Below, one piece after another: positions 1 to 11,889 of a DNA stretch of 64,000 bases (the first letter of the stretch is position 1; each line of letters starts with the position of its first letter). Under the pieces are notes generated by a model. It saw only the letters and a list, made by a program, of their open reading frames with translations. It did no database searches and was not told the origin of the DNA. Origin of the DNA: Octopus sinensis (Eukaryota); the NCBI RefSeq assembly GCF_006345805.1, contig NC_043016.1, positions 8,060,001 to 8,124,000 of the forward strand, in the 5' to 3' direction. Made by a program: the position numbers and the translations under genes.

Positions 1-168
1 GTGGTGTGTGTGTGTGTGTCTGTTTTTCATAGTGTTGACATCATGCATTAATTGTGAGCATGCTTTACTGTTAGTGACTTTTGTTCACAATCTTCTGTGA
101 AAACCTGTCTGTACTACAGATAAAAACACTACTTTGCTTGGAAATGGTTGACAGTGACAGTAACAAAT

Positions 169-495
169 ATCATCATCATCATCGTTTAACGTCCACTTTC
201 CATGCTAGCATGGGTTGGACAGTTTGACTGGGGTCTGGGAAGCCAGGAGGCTGCACCAGGCCCAGTCTGATCTGGCAGTGTTTCTACAGCTGGATGCTCT
301 TCCTAATGCCAACCACTTCGTGAGTGTAGTGGGTGCTTTTTACGTGCCACCGGAGGCTGGCAAAGGCCACGATCGGTTGGTGCTTTTTACATGCCACCGG
401 TGCTGAGGCGGCGCTGGCAACAGCCACGTTCAGATGGTTCTTTTACATGCCACCGGCACTGGTATTACAACTACAATTTCCATTGATTTTTGATT
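169..495 (-). mobile_element. Family R SINE-like element ((GAT)n tail, internal ~55-bp tandem units)
   Basis: (cat)n + cgtttaacgtccactttccatgctagcatgggttgg...ctggatgctcttcctaatgccaaccac; same text recurs at 7255, 8040, 11262, 14760, 37277, 44549, 48470, 54986. Confidence 0.85.
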
Positions 496-500
496 GATAT

Positions 501-635
501 TGCCCACGAGGGTGCTAAACATATTGGGGACAAACAGGACAGGCAAGGGGATTAAGTCGATTACATCAACCTCCCCAGTGCATAACTGGTACTTATTTAA
601 TCGACCCCGAAAGGATGAAAGGCAAAGTCGACCTC
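501..635 (-). mobile_element. Family A SINE, partial
   Basis: Reverse complement of the family A body/tail (gtcgactttgcctttcatcctttcggggtcgattaaataagtaccagt). Confidence 0.85.
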
Positions 636-689
636 AGTCAAATGACTGAAACAAGTAGATGAGAGAATGAGATATATATGTGTGTGTTC

Positions 690-908
690 ATGTGTCTCTG
701 TTTGTTCCCCCCTCCCCCACGTCATCACTTGACAACCGATGCTGGTGTGTTTACGTCCCCGTAACTTAGTGGTTCGGCAAAATAGAACGATAGAATAAGT
801 ACTAGGCTTACAAAGAATAAGTCCTGGGGTCATTTTGCTCGACTAAAAGGCGGTGCTCCAGCATGGTCGCAGTCAAAATGACTGAAACGAGTAAAAGAGT
901 AAAAGAGA
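690..908 (+). mobile_element. Family B SINE, 3' half
   Basis: tgacaaccgatgctggtgtgtttacgtcccc...gactgaaacgagtaaaagagtaaaagag, shared with >15 copies in the window. Confidence 0.85.
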
Positions 909-1074
909 CGACAAAGCAAGACTCTCTCGGCCCGTTAGATACAGAGGCGGTTAGTTTCCTTGTAGAGTTTAGTTAAAGGATAAGTAACATTAACAGCAGT
1001 GATAGGAATACAGCATAAGTGTGTATATTTATTTGCTTGTAAATATATATATATATATATATATACATACAGTG

Positions 1075-1365
1075 AGTCTGTTGACAGTATATCAACTGCT
1101 GGGTGTTAAAATTCCCTGTCCGTGTCCTGAATGAGTTTACAGATTTTGTTGTTTAAACAGGATATAGATATTAATCTCCTGCAGAACATTCTTGGTTGGT
1201 GCCAAGACATTTTGCTTATGACATTGCAGACCTGGTTTGTCCAGTTGTCGGTGGTGGGGATGGTAATATCGGCTCACGTTAAGGACTTGATATGGCGCAC
1301 ACTGTATTCGTTATGATAAACAAGTTTCTCTGATTCTATTGTAGCAGTTACCTTGTGACTTAAAT
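1075..1365 (-). pseudogene. Probable Helitron Pif1-like helicase remnant
   Basis: Manual minus-strand translation of 1205-1158 gives LAPTKNVLQEINIYIL, matching the spacing of the Helitron helicase motif LAPTNxxVxxINxxIL; neighbouring frames are broken by stops and frameshifts. Confidence 0.5.
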
Positions 1366-1599
1366 TTGATTATGTGCACATGCACGTATGCAAAAGCACT
1401 TACATTCATCAACAGCTTGCATATGCTAAAATGCATTTTATTTATATCTATGTATCTCTCTCTCTCTCTCTCCCTCTCTCTCTCTATGTCATATTAAGAA
1501 AAGTGGGTCATGCAACAGTATAACATGCTAGACCCAAACCAACAAGGGAGTTTCACTCTTGTCTTGTGACCTGCTAGATGTAGCAGCCATATTTCTTCC

Positions 1600-1644
<45 letters not shown>

Positions 1645-1675
1645 GCACATATACATTGGGTGGTGTGTGTGTGTG

Positions 1676-1808
1676 TGTGGTTGAGTGATTAGTGCTCTGG
1701 ACTGTGATCATGAGACACAGGGTTCGATTTTCCTACACTAAGCAGTGTGTTGTTTAGTCTTTGAAAGCAAAGCACTTAATTTTGTGTTGTTTCAGTCTAC
1801 TCTGGTGT
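1676..1808 (+). mobile_element. Family D (tRNA head + CORE-like segment) SINE remnant
   Basis: A-box-like tgagtgattagtg, B-box-like ggttcgattttcc, then gtctttgaaagcaaagcactt resembling the CORE-SINE ccttgagcaaggcactt segment; related copies at 51404 and 56725. Confidence 0.5.
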
Positions 1809-1822
1809 ACTACACTATTACC

Positions 1823-2056
1823 TATTTCTTTACTGCCCACAAGTGGCTAAACACAGAAGGGACAAACAAGGACAGACAAACGGATTAAGTCGATTATGTT
1901 GACCCCAGTGATTAACTGGTACTTATTTAATTGACTCCGAAAGGATGAAAGGTAAAGTCGACTTCGGAGGAATTTGAACTCAGAACGTAGTGGTAGACGA
2001 AATACTGCTAAGCATTTCGCCTGGCGTGCTAACGATTCTGCCAGCTCGCCGCCTTA
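1823..2056 (-). mobile_element. Family A SINE, full length with 11-bp TSD
   Basis: Head aaggcggcgagctggcagaa (reverse complement) to tail cagtaaagaaata; direct repeat acactattacc at 1812-1822 and 2057-2067. Confidence 0.92.
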
Positions 2057-2280
2057 ACACTATTACCAGTCTAGAACCAGTGAAGCCTTCTGTCATTTCA
2101 ATTGTCACATCCTGGATATTCTACTGATCCCCGAGGAGAAGCACCAAGGGGGGTTGTCTTGTGTTTGCATGTGACTGCACAGGTGCCAGAAACAATTAGC
2201 AAAAAAACATGATACATGTTACCAAGTCATCATATTTCATTGTGAGTGGCATATCTATACACACACACATATATATATAT

Positions 2281-2425
2281 AGGCACAGGTGTGTCTGTGT
2301 GGTAAGAAGTTTGCTTCCTAACTATGGTTCTGGACTCGGCCCCACTGTGTGGCACCTTTGGCTAGTGTCTTCCACTACAATTCCAAGCCAACCGAAGCCT
2401 TGTCATTTGGATTTGGTCGACTGAA
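2281..2425 (+). mobile_element. Family B SINE, 5' part
   Basis: ggcacaggtgtgtctgtgtggtaagaagtttgcttcc...ccgaagccttgt. Confidence 0.75.
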
Positions 2426-2444
2426 CTCCTTCCAACTGTTTCCA

Positions 2445-2876
2445 TTAACCGTTCAGCACTTAGATTCCTCTGTCAAATGTAAATGCTTATTTATTTACAT
2501 TGTGTTCAATTAATCATGCATTATTTCATAGTGGTGCGACTGTTTATATTTAGAATGACACTGTAGGGGAGGTGTGATAGGCTGGATCTGGCTGGTTTAA
2601 TCATACAGTAAGGTAGAACATTTGGGCTGGATATCAATGGTTAACCCTTTTGTTACCGTTTATTTTGAGATGCTCTGTGTTTCTTTCAATTATTTTTAAA
2701 TATAACAAAGAATTTAGTAAAATAACTTAGTTACCATTAAGCTAGTGTTAGGAACATAAATTGTGACTAAGGTTTGGTGGAAAATTTTGATTTAAAACTT
2801 ATGAAAACAAGACATTTGTACTCAGAGCCAATTTCAGCCAGGTTGGTAATGAAAGGGTTAAATGTCAAAGGGTTAA
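2445..2876. mobile_element. piggyBac-like MITE (outer) carrying a nested MITE
   Basis: ttaaccgttcagcact...tgtcaaagggttaa; TTAA at 2445-2448 and 2873-2876; body related to MITEs at 48336, 49586, 53636. Confidence 0.6.
2641..2861. mobile_element. piggyBac-like MITE (inner)
   Basis: Inverted termini ttaacccttttgttacc / ggtaatgaaagggttaa (15/17 match), TTAA on both sides, CCC terminal bases. Confidence 0.8.
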
Positions 2877-3319
2877 AAATGGATTTATTTCGAAATGTGA
2901 TTTGCATTCAATCACTTACCCCAAAACAATCTGATGCTAATCTATGGGGAGTAACTTTTCCTTTGACGATCTAACTCCTATTGATGATGATAGTAAACAG
3001 AAAATAGAAGTGCTTCAAACTGCAGACTTTGCATTTTAAGATTTGTCCAGAGTAGTTTATAAGGCAAAGAATCTTGTATGTCCTGCCCTACATTATCAGA
3101 AAAGCATACTTACACAGACATAGTTAATTCCTGATTGTCCAAATGAGATGAGCTGAGAATATGTTGTTTGGATAACTGATCTGATTGTAACTTAAAAGAA
3201 GGCAAAACGAATTTAATAATGGAACTGTGAGAACTTGTCCTGATAGTTCAAAATTTGAATAAGTGATGTGTTCATTACTGAAGTTTTACTATATTCTTCT
3301 GTGTTCTTTTATTCAAATA

Positions 3320-3674
3320 CTTGCACTATGACCCGGTGTTGCCAGGTCATAGTGCTAGTGTATGCATATACAGCTGCGTGCGTGTGCACATAATGCGAGT
3401 ACTGTCCAAATCTCCGACCAATCACATACAGCTAGCTGGCATTCAATTGGTGTATCAAGTTTTGGGCATTTTGATTGGGTTTTGAATAGAAAATTCACAA
3501 AAAAGTCATTTCTATTGACGTTTTAATGGCTGGGGAAATGTAAAGAGTGCACAACCACCCTTGGGTGGTTTTGAATGACCATAGAAAGTATGAGACCTCT
3601 AACTGAAAAATTGTGGATTTATATAAAGGATACACACACACACACAGGCATTTTGCTGTTTATATATATAGAGA
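3320..3674 (-). mobile_element. Non-autonomous Helitron
   Basis: Minus strand: A|TC start (tctctatatatataaa), short microsatellite near the 5' end, terminal hairpin gcactatgacc/ggtcatagtgc (3323-3355), end caag|t (degenerate CTAG). Confidence 0.7.
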
Positions 3675-4714
3675 TTCTTCTAGCCATTGCTAATCATCTC
3701 TTTTTAACCAAATTCAGTGGCTATACATATACACACAAGAATACATACATACTGTCTGGCTAAAGGTTAGGGTATTCAACTCCTTATGTGTTCATAATAT
3801 TGGTGGTCATGATACTGTGAGGTCAGTTCTTGAAAAAACAGTCTAATTGTTTGTAGACAACTGGACAGCCGTGGACACATCTTTTTCTTGAATGGTGTGT
3901 CAGTTTTGGAGAAATTCTTGATATTGAATCACCTTATTTGGAATTAGTTGCTATCACCTCAAGGCATTTGTTTACTCTTCTTTCGAAGAGAAGATAATTT
4001 AAAAACATCAGGAATTTTAGGAATGGCATCCAACCATAGAAACTATGTCAAAGCTGATATTAGAGCTCAAAGCAGTCCTGAGACTTGTATCCTCTCAAAC
4101 CATTCAACCCATGCCAGCATGGAAAACAGACATTAACAGATAATGCTGATAGTGTGTGTGTGTGCATGCGTATGTGTCTGTGTGTGTGTGTGTATGTATA
4201 ATTGTATGTGTACATACACATACATACACATGAAAACATACATAACATAAACATACATACAAAGATAAGAATCTAAGATGATAGTGACCTATTGACTTGC
4301 TTGAAGTAGCAGCTAAATCTTCAAATAACACCCTACTGTGTCTTTAAAAAAAGAGCACATTGTATAATACTGTTTTTGATACACTATCTGAAATCAAGAC
4401 AGGATGGTCATATCAGGAACACCTTTGGTTAAAAGTCTTCTCTATCAGACAAGAACAAAATAGTTATTTGTCTTTATCTTTTTTGCAGATATTCCTCACT
4501 CAGTACCAATTCCATTAGAAAACATTTTGAAATGCTACTTTCCAGTTTTAATTGTTTGTTTTAAAAGTTCCTGTTTTCTTCCTCACATACCATATACGTA
4601 TTTTCTAGAGAGGTGTGGTGGAATGTTACCAAAATTTCTTTCTTCCTGCATTTCCAAACTTCCTCAAGTCTTTCTCAGCTCATGAAAAGTTGGCAATGGT
4701 TCACCAACACATTA

Positions 4715-4927
4715 GTCCACACACATATATATATACATACATACATACATACATACATAGACACACATGCATAGATAAATACATACATATATACACATAT
4801 ACATATATATATATATATATATGTACAGACACATGCATAGATAAATACATACATATATACACATATACATACATATATATATACACACACACATATACAT
4901 ATACACACATACATATATACTCATTAT

Positions 4928-4966
<39 letters not shown>

Positions 4967-5035
4967 TACACACACACTTACATATATACACACACACACA
5001 CACACATATATACACACACACACACACAAATGCAT
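4715..5035. repeat. Compound (CA)n/(TA)n/(TACA)n microsatellite
   Basis: Direct reading; source of the spurious Y/I/H/T-rich ORFs at 4615-5247. Confidence 0.95.
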
Positions 5036-5351
5036 ATATATTAATAAGAATTAAGAATACTTTGTTTGTGAGAAGCATCTTATTACCTCTCCCTCTCCCT
5101 CTACGTGTATGTGTGTGTTTGTCTGCATTATCGTGTGTGTGTGTATATGCGGCAGGCATAATTTTCATTCACATTCCATCATCACAAGACTCTTCCTCTT
5201 TATCTGTTTCTCTCTTTCTCCCGCTTCTTTCATTGTCTTTAGCTTAAAACAAGATATGCCGATGCCGATAATAATGGTTTCAAATTTTGACGCAAGGCCA
5301 ACAATTTCAGGACAGGGGGCATCAGTCAGTTCGACCCCTGAAAGGATATGA

Positions 5352-5586
5352 AAGGCGGTGAGCTGGCAGAAATGTTAGCACGCCGGGTGAAATGCGTAGC
5401 CGTATTTCGTCTGTCGTTACGTTCTGAGTTTCAAATTCTGCCGAGGTCGACTTTGCCTTTCATCCTTTCGGGGTCGATAAATTAAGTACCAGTTACGCAC
5501 TGGGGGTCGATGTAATCGACTTAATCCGTTTGTCTGTCCTTGTTTGCCCCCTCTGTGTTTAGCCCCTTTGTGGGTAGTAAAGAAAT
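5352..5586 (+). mobile_element. Family A SINE, full length
   Basis: aggcggtgagctggcagaaatgttagcacgccggg...B-box-like gagtttcaaattc...tgtgggtagtaaagaaata. Confidence 0.92.
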
Positions 5587-5589
5587 AGA

Positions 5590-6410
5590 CATGAATGGCA
5601 AAGTTGACCTCGTTTGAATTTGTACTCAGAATGCAATGTTGGACAAAATGCTACTAAGCATTTCCCCCAGCATGGGATGAGGGGCACTAGTCGATGACAT
5701 TAATTCCAGTGTTGCTCTGGTCCTTAATTTATTTGACCCCAGAAAGGATGAAAGTCGACAATGGCAGAATGTAAAGACAGATGATATACAGCCAAACACT
5801 TTGCCGGGCATGCTAATGATTCTGCCAGCTTGCCACCTTAGTAGTAGTTGTAATAATAATAATAATAATAATAATAACCCTTTCTACTTTAGGCATAAGG
5901 TCTGAAATTTGAGGGAAGGGATTAAGTCAATTACATTGACCCCTGTGTTTCACTGGTACCTATTTAATCGACCCCGAAAGGATGAAAGGCAGAGTCGACC
6001 ACGGCGGAATTTGAACTCAGAACGTAGTGACAGTCGAAATAATAATAATAATAATAATAATAACAACAATAATAATAATGATTATAGTTTCAAAATTTGC
6101 CACAAGGACAGCAATTTTGTGGGGTGAGGGGTTGAGTTGATTATGTCAAACCCAGTGTTCAACTGGTACTTATTTTATCAACCCCAAAAGCATAATAATA
6201 ATAATAATAATATATTTCTTTACTGCCCACAAGGGGCTAAACACAGAGGGGACAAACAAGGACAGACAAAGGGATTAAGTCGATTACATCGACCCCAGTG
6301 CGAAACTGGTACTTTATTTATCGATCCCGAAAGGATGAAAGGCAAAGTCAACCTCGGCGAAATTTGAATTCAGAATGCAACGGCAAACGCAATACCGCCA
6401 AGCATTTCGC
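5590..6410 (-). mobile_element. Cluster of ~5 family A copies/fragments separated by (AAT)n tracts
   Basis: Repeated reverse complement of family A at about 5590-5840, 5870-6040, 6090-6190 and 6213-6410. Confidence 0.8.
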
Positions 6411-6778
6411 CAATAATAATTTCTTTTAATATGCATTTACTTTGAGGATAACAGTGGGTGCTACCCTTTCATAGATACCCATTAACCATCCATGGAAACA
6501 TTGCTTAAATAGCTTTGCAACCACGGATATGGCAAAGATATTGCAACCACAGATATGGCAATGGCAAAATTCTGTGATGGAGAAGACCTGTTGAGCCCAT
6601 GCAAGCATAGGAACAAAAAAAAAAAAACAAAATGGATATAAAATGATGAGAATGTGGATGTCTTTATACAGGGGGTGGTGTTCGTGTTTTTTTTTTTTAT
6701 TCTTCATTCTGTTTATTCCTTTACAAGGTAATAACTTCTCCCTTTTTTATATTTTTGTCCTGCTCTCCTCTTTGTCAG

Positions 6779-6835
6779 CATGTCTTCGCTTACTGACAAA
6801 GGAAAGTCTTTCTTTACCTCCTAACATGTCAGTAG
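6779..6835 (+). other. Candidate 57-nt micro-exon (unverified)
   Basis: Pyrimidine tract + gtcag|CATG...GTAG|gtaaaa; phase-1 frame open: xCLRLLTKESLSLPPNMSV; no homologue recognised. Confidence 0.2.
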
Positions 6836-6959
6836 GTAAAACGGTAAAGACGTGTCTCTACCTAATGTCATGTCAGGTCTTTCCTTTAAATAACACGTCA
6901 ATCATTGCTTTTTTTCAGTTTATTTTGATAGCCATGTCATTTTCTATTTTCTGATGTAG

Positions 6960-6998
6960 TGCTCGCTTCAATCAGACATTTGAAGAAGAAACGAAGAA
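6960..6998 (+). other. Candidate 39-nt micro-exon (unverified)
   Basis: ttttctattttctgatgtag|TGCTCG...GAAGAA|gtaagt; consensus donor, GAA-rich body, two open frames (xLASIRHLKKKRR or ARFNQTFEEETK). Confidence 0.33.
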
Positions 6999-7254
6999 GT
7001 AAGTCGTGTATGAGTTAAATACACAAACCCAGTTTAAATACAGGCCGAAATTTACTTAGTTGTTTTTATAATTCAACCAGGAATGTGTGTGTGTTTAGTG
7101 TTTAACTGTTGGAAAAAGAGTACTCAATATCATAGTGGAGACTAATATGTTTTATTTTGGTTCAGTCAGTCTTTTTGCTGCTCTGAGCTTCACAAATCGT
7201 AACTTGGTCTAAAGAATCCCTGTACACCTACAGGTGAAACTCAGAAGTGTAAGA

Positions 7255-7657
7255 CTGTTTCCAAATTGATGACTGGTATCCGTGCTAGCGGGGTGCAAAG
7301 AGCACCATACGAGTGTGATCATTGACAGAGTGGCTAACCGGCTCCTCATGCCAGTGGCACGTAAAAGACACCATTCGAGCGTGATCGTTACCAGCATCGC
7401 CTTACTGGCACCTGTGCCGGTGGCATGTGTAAAAGATTCAAGCGAGGTTGTTGCCAGTACCTCCTGACTGGCACATAAAAGCACCCACTACACTTTCGGA
7501 GTGGTTGGTGTTAGGAAGGGCATCCAGCTGTTGAAACTCTGCCAGATCAAGATTGAAGCCTGGTGCAGCCATCTGGTTCACCAGCCCTCAGTTAAATCGT
7601 CCAACCCATGCTAGCATGGAAAGCGGACGTTAAAAAATGATGAGAATGATGATGATG
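7255..7657 (+). mobile_element. Family R element
   Basis: Internal tandem units, then gagtggttggtgttaggaagggcatccagctg...ggaaagcggacgttaa and a (gat)n tail. Confidence 0.85.
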
Positions 7658-7817
7658 ACACACACACAAATACACACACACTCACACAGATTTGAGATTC
7701 AAATAGGAAAATATAAACTCAAAACATGATTTTTCAATAAGTACCAACACCTGAAACTATCACCCCTTGAGTCACTCTGTAAGTTCTGCTCATTATTAAT
7801 CAAAACACACACAGACA

Positions 7818-8391
7818 TTGTCATCAGGCTGCAGCCATGCTGGAGCACCACCCTGAATTTTTGATTGAATGAATTGACCTCAGTACTTACTTTTCAAGGC
7901 TGGTACTTATTCTGTCAGTCTCTTTTGATGAACCACTAAGTCACAAGGACACAAACACACCAAAACCAGTTGTCAAATAGTGGTGTTGAGGTACAAACAC
8001 ATACAGACACACACAGTTGAGTAAAACCAAAATTGTAGCTGGGCCAGTGGCCCCTGTCTGGCTCCGGTGCCAGTGGCATGTAAAAAGCACCATCTGAATG
8101 TGGTCGATGCCAGTGCCCCACCGACTGGCTCACATGCCGGAGGCACATAAAATGTACTATCCAAACGTAATCGATGCCAGGGTCACCTGACTGGCTCCCG
8201 TGCCGGTGACACATAAAAAGCGCCCACTGCACTCACAGAGTGGTTGGCATTAGGAAGGGCATCCAGCTGTAGAAACTCTGCCAGATCAGATTGGAGCCTG
8301 GTGCTGCAGCTGCTGACTTTCCAGACCTCAGTCAAACCTTCCAACCCATACCAGCATGGAAGACAGACATTAAACGATGATGATGATGATA

Positions 8392-8436
<45 letters not shown>

Positions 8437-8595
8437 CACTATGGGCTTCTTTCAGTTTCTGTCTACCAAATCCACTCTCAAGGCTTTGGTCGTCTCGAGG
8501 CTCTTGTAGAAAACACTTGGCATGTAGTGGGACCGAACTGGGAACCATTTGATTGGGAAGCAAGCTTCTTACCACACGGACATGTCTACGCCTAT
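7818..8595 (-). mobile_element. Family B SINE halves (7818-8030, 8440-8595) separated by a family R copy
   Basis: 3' half and 5' half of B on the minus strand with an R copy (8040-8392) and (TA)n between them. Confidence 0.65.
8040..8392 (+). mobile_element. Family R element
   Basis: ggttggcattaggaagggcatccagctgtagaaac...gacattaaacgatgatgatgatgat. Confidence 0.85.
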
Positions 8596-8784
8596 TCATA
8601 TTCTTGGTGGAATCATAAAATAAATAAATAAATAAATTATAATGGTATTTTAAATAGTTTTATGTATTTAAGTAATACAACTTCCTTTGTTTTGTTTTTT
8701 TCAAAGGATTGATAGATGCTAGTGCTAGCACACTATTAGAAAACAGGAATGACATCACTCTGGATGTGTGTGTTAATATATGTG

Positions 8785-8815
<31 letters not shown>

Positions 8816-9268
8816 ATGTGTGTGAGTGTGTATGGTGACTGTGACTTATTGTCATTTCTGTGAAATGTCACAATGACACTAATTATATCAATATCACTCC
8901 AAAATTTCATTAAGAATTGATAGAAAATGCATGAATGAGAAAGCCACTGAATTTTATCAAGTTTTGCATAGAGAATTTACTTAAAATGAATACCTGTTAT
9001 TCTTGAAGATTTAATATATAATTATTTTTCTTTTGTTGTTTTTTTTGTTTTTGAATTCTTTTTTTTTTTTTGCTTGTATCTGTTTTTCATTTTAATTTTA
9101 CACTTTTCTAATTCCATTCAATGATTTGTAGATTTTAAAATATATAATATCTTTTAGGAGATAAATGTAGTGATTAGATTTGTTAAATTAAATAATTGCT
9201 TAATTGCTACCATTTAATGCAATAAAAATAAGATGTTCTTGTAAATTACTACATCCAGATAATACAAT

Positions 9269-9301
<33 letters not shown>

Positions 9302-9907
9302 CATATAGACATACTATTTGGATATACTAATTTATAGGGTGATATGTGTGTATTTTTGTATATATATTTGTGAGTGTAGTGGGTGTAGCCAATCTAAGCT
9401 TCGTAAGGAATCTTACAGTCTCTTGTTTGATCCTATTCTGTGGCATTTTGGGGAAATGTCTTTTACCAAATACTTTGTTGTGCTTATGCTTTGCAATTTG
9501 AAATTGAGTTGATAAAAATTCTCTGGAAGTTCATTGGGTGGACTGTATTTGTTATTAATTCAAAGTCTTTGTTACATTAGATTAATTCTTCCAGTCGTAG
9601 ATACCTCTATTGGTGGAATGCCCAGCTGAATCTGTGAGCCAGCATTTCATTTCAGTTGACCAACCAACCAGAAGATTCATTTGTCTTTGAATCTAACAAA
9701 GACTCTTGTACTTTTACTTCAATGACGTTCGTTACATTTAAAACTAGTACACCTTCGTTAGCTTCGTTTTTATTTACCATATTTACTCACTAGTATTGTG
9801 AGTAAATTAATTCTAAACATCAGGACCAAAAATGGTTGTGTACCACTGGTAAAGAAAGCATGCAGTGTTACTATCACTCTTGAGCGTGTTTGTCCTATTA
9901 GTAGGCA

Positions 9908-10322
9908 TTGTCGTTATCATCATCATCTCATCATCAATTTAACATCCAATTTCCCAGGCTTGCAGTATTCATTGAAGCGGATTATCTGGTACTGGATGCC
10001 ATTCCTGTAACCAACACTCAACTGCTTCCAAGCAGGGGCAATATTTTTCCATGTCCAGCTCTCAGTCAAACCATCCAACCCATGCCAGCGTGGAAAGCAG
10101 ACGTTAAATGACAATGATTATTATTATTATCATTATATACACACACACGCACATACAACAGGCTTCTTTCAGTTTCCATCTACCAAATCCACTCACAAGA
10201 CTTTGATTGGCCCAAGGCTACAGTAAAAGACATTTGCCCAAAGTGCCATGCAGTGGGACTGAACCCGGAACTATGTGGTTGGGAAGCAAGCTTCTTACTG
10301 CACAGCCACACCTGTGCCTATA
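9908..10322. mobile_element. Family R fragments (both orientations) and family B 5' half (minus, 10160-10322)
   Basis: Recognisable R tail text and ggcttctttcagtttccatctaccaaatccactcacaag. Confidence 0.7.
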
Positions 10323-11261
10323 TTTTCTTATTAATATTTAGCAGAAACAGCTGAGTGACTCAGGTCACAAATTCCATGTGTTGGCACTTATCACTTACAT
10401 ATATTTGGTCTTACTTGTCACGCATGAAGACTTACTTTGGATGCATAATTCTACTTACATTTACTGGTGTCTAATCGTTGGATATTCTTAACCAAATTCT
10501 TTTAAAGCTGAGTGCTTCATTGATATCTGCCTGAATTTTTTTAAATCCCTTTCTCTTCTAACCAGTAACATATATAAGTTAACAGGATGAAATATTTACT
10601 CACTTTTAGACTCAGTTTGGAGCCCACATCATGTTAGAGATTGTGTTGTACTTAAGTAAATACTGTTAAATTTGCTTGTTTTCTACTTACATATTTCAGC
10701 ATAGAGATGTAGATCTCTTTCTTTCTTTCTTTCTTTCTTTTATATCCCTTCATTACAGAGAAGATGTCAGTTGTTATTCTTATATAACAAAAACACTACT
10801 GTCTAAACAGCAGTCAGTCTCTGGTACTTTAAATACACTTTTGTTTGTTGTTACAGTCTGGTTTTCTTAACTGCTGCTCATTCAGGCGTAACACATTCTT
10901 GTGTAATAAGCTTTTGATCTTTGGTTGTGGTACACTAATGAAGCTACATGTCATTTCCTTGATAGGTTCTCTGCTCTCACCTCTAATGAATCGGTCTTTT
11001 TTCTATGAGTTTGTGTACCTCTGCTATTACCTGTTTCTCATCTACAGTCAGATTGTTTTGAGCCTTGTCTAGTGCAGTCCTGCATTACCCTATTTTGCTA
11101 CAGCCACGAGAAATAACAGCCAATGTCCCTCAAATCCCATCCTTCTGTCCTCCTCATCATCATTGTTTTAACATTTGCTTTTTCTTACTGGCAGCCTCTT
11201 TATAGTTGTATACCATTTCCATCACTAATCCTCACACATTTCCAAAAACATGTTTTTCGTT

Positions 11262-11620
11262 CATCATCATCATCATCATCATCGTTGTTTAACGTCTGCT
11301 TTCCATGCTAGCATGGGTTGGATGATTTGACTGAGGGCTGGTGAACCAGATGGCTGCACCAGGCTCCAATCTTGATCTGGCAGAGTTTCTACAGCTGGAT
11401 GCCCTTCCTAACGCCAACCACTCCGAGAGTGTAGTGGGTGCTTTTTACGTGCCATCGGCTCGGGTGCCAGTCAGGTGGTACTGGCAACGACCTCGCTCAA
11501 ATCTTTTTACACATGCCACCAGCACAGGTGCCAGTAAGGCGATGCTGGCAATGATCACGCTCGGATGGTGCTCTTAGCACCCTACCAACACAGGGCTCAA
11601 GTGCCAGTAAGGCGACTGTA
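11262..11620 (-). mobile_element. Family R element
   Basis: (cat)n cgttgtttaacgtctgctttccatgctagc...ctggatgcccttcctaacgccaaccactccgagag. Confidence 0.88.
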
Positions 11621-11889
11621 GATTGGAAACAAATGAGGTGGCTTGTAATTTGGTGACCATTCTTCAACCCTCACAGAATGTTAAGAGAGACACTCACTCT
11701 CATTTACACACACACACACACACACACACGTTGATGCAAACAGGAAAAATTGAACTCAAAATATGAGTATATGTGTATTTTTTTATTTAGGAGAAATAAC
11801 AGTGATTCAAGTTTCATAAGTGCTAACACATGGAACTCTTGAACCTGGATCACTCTGTTACTTCTTCCAAATACAAATATATATACATT

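Noticed and set aside
9781-9808. 10-bp hairpin atttactcac/gtgagtaaat
   Set aside because: Short AT-rich stem expected by chance in 64 kb.
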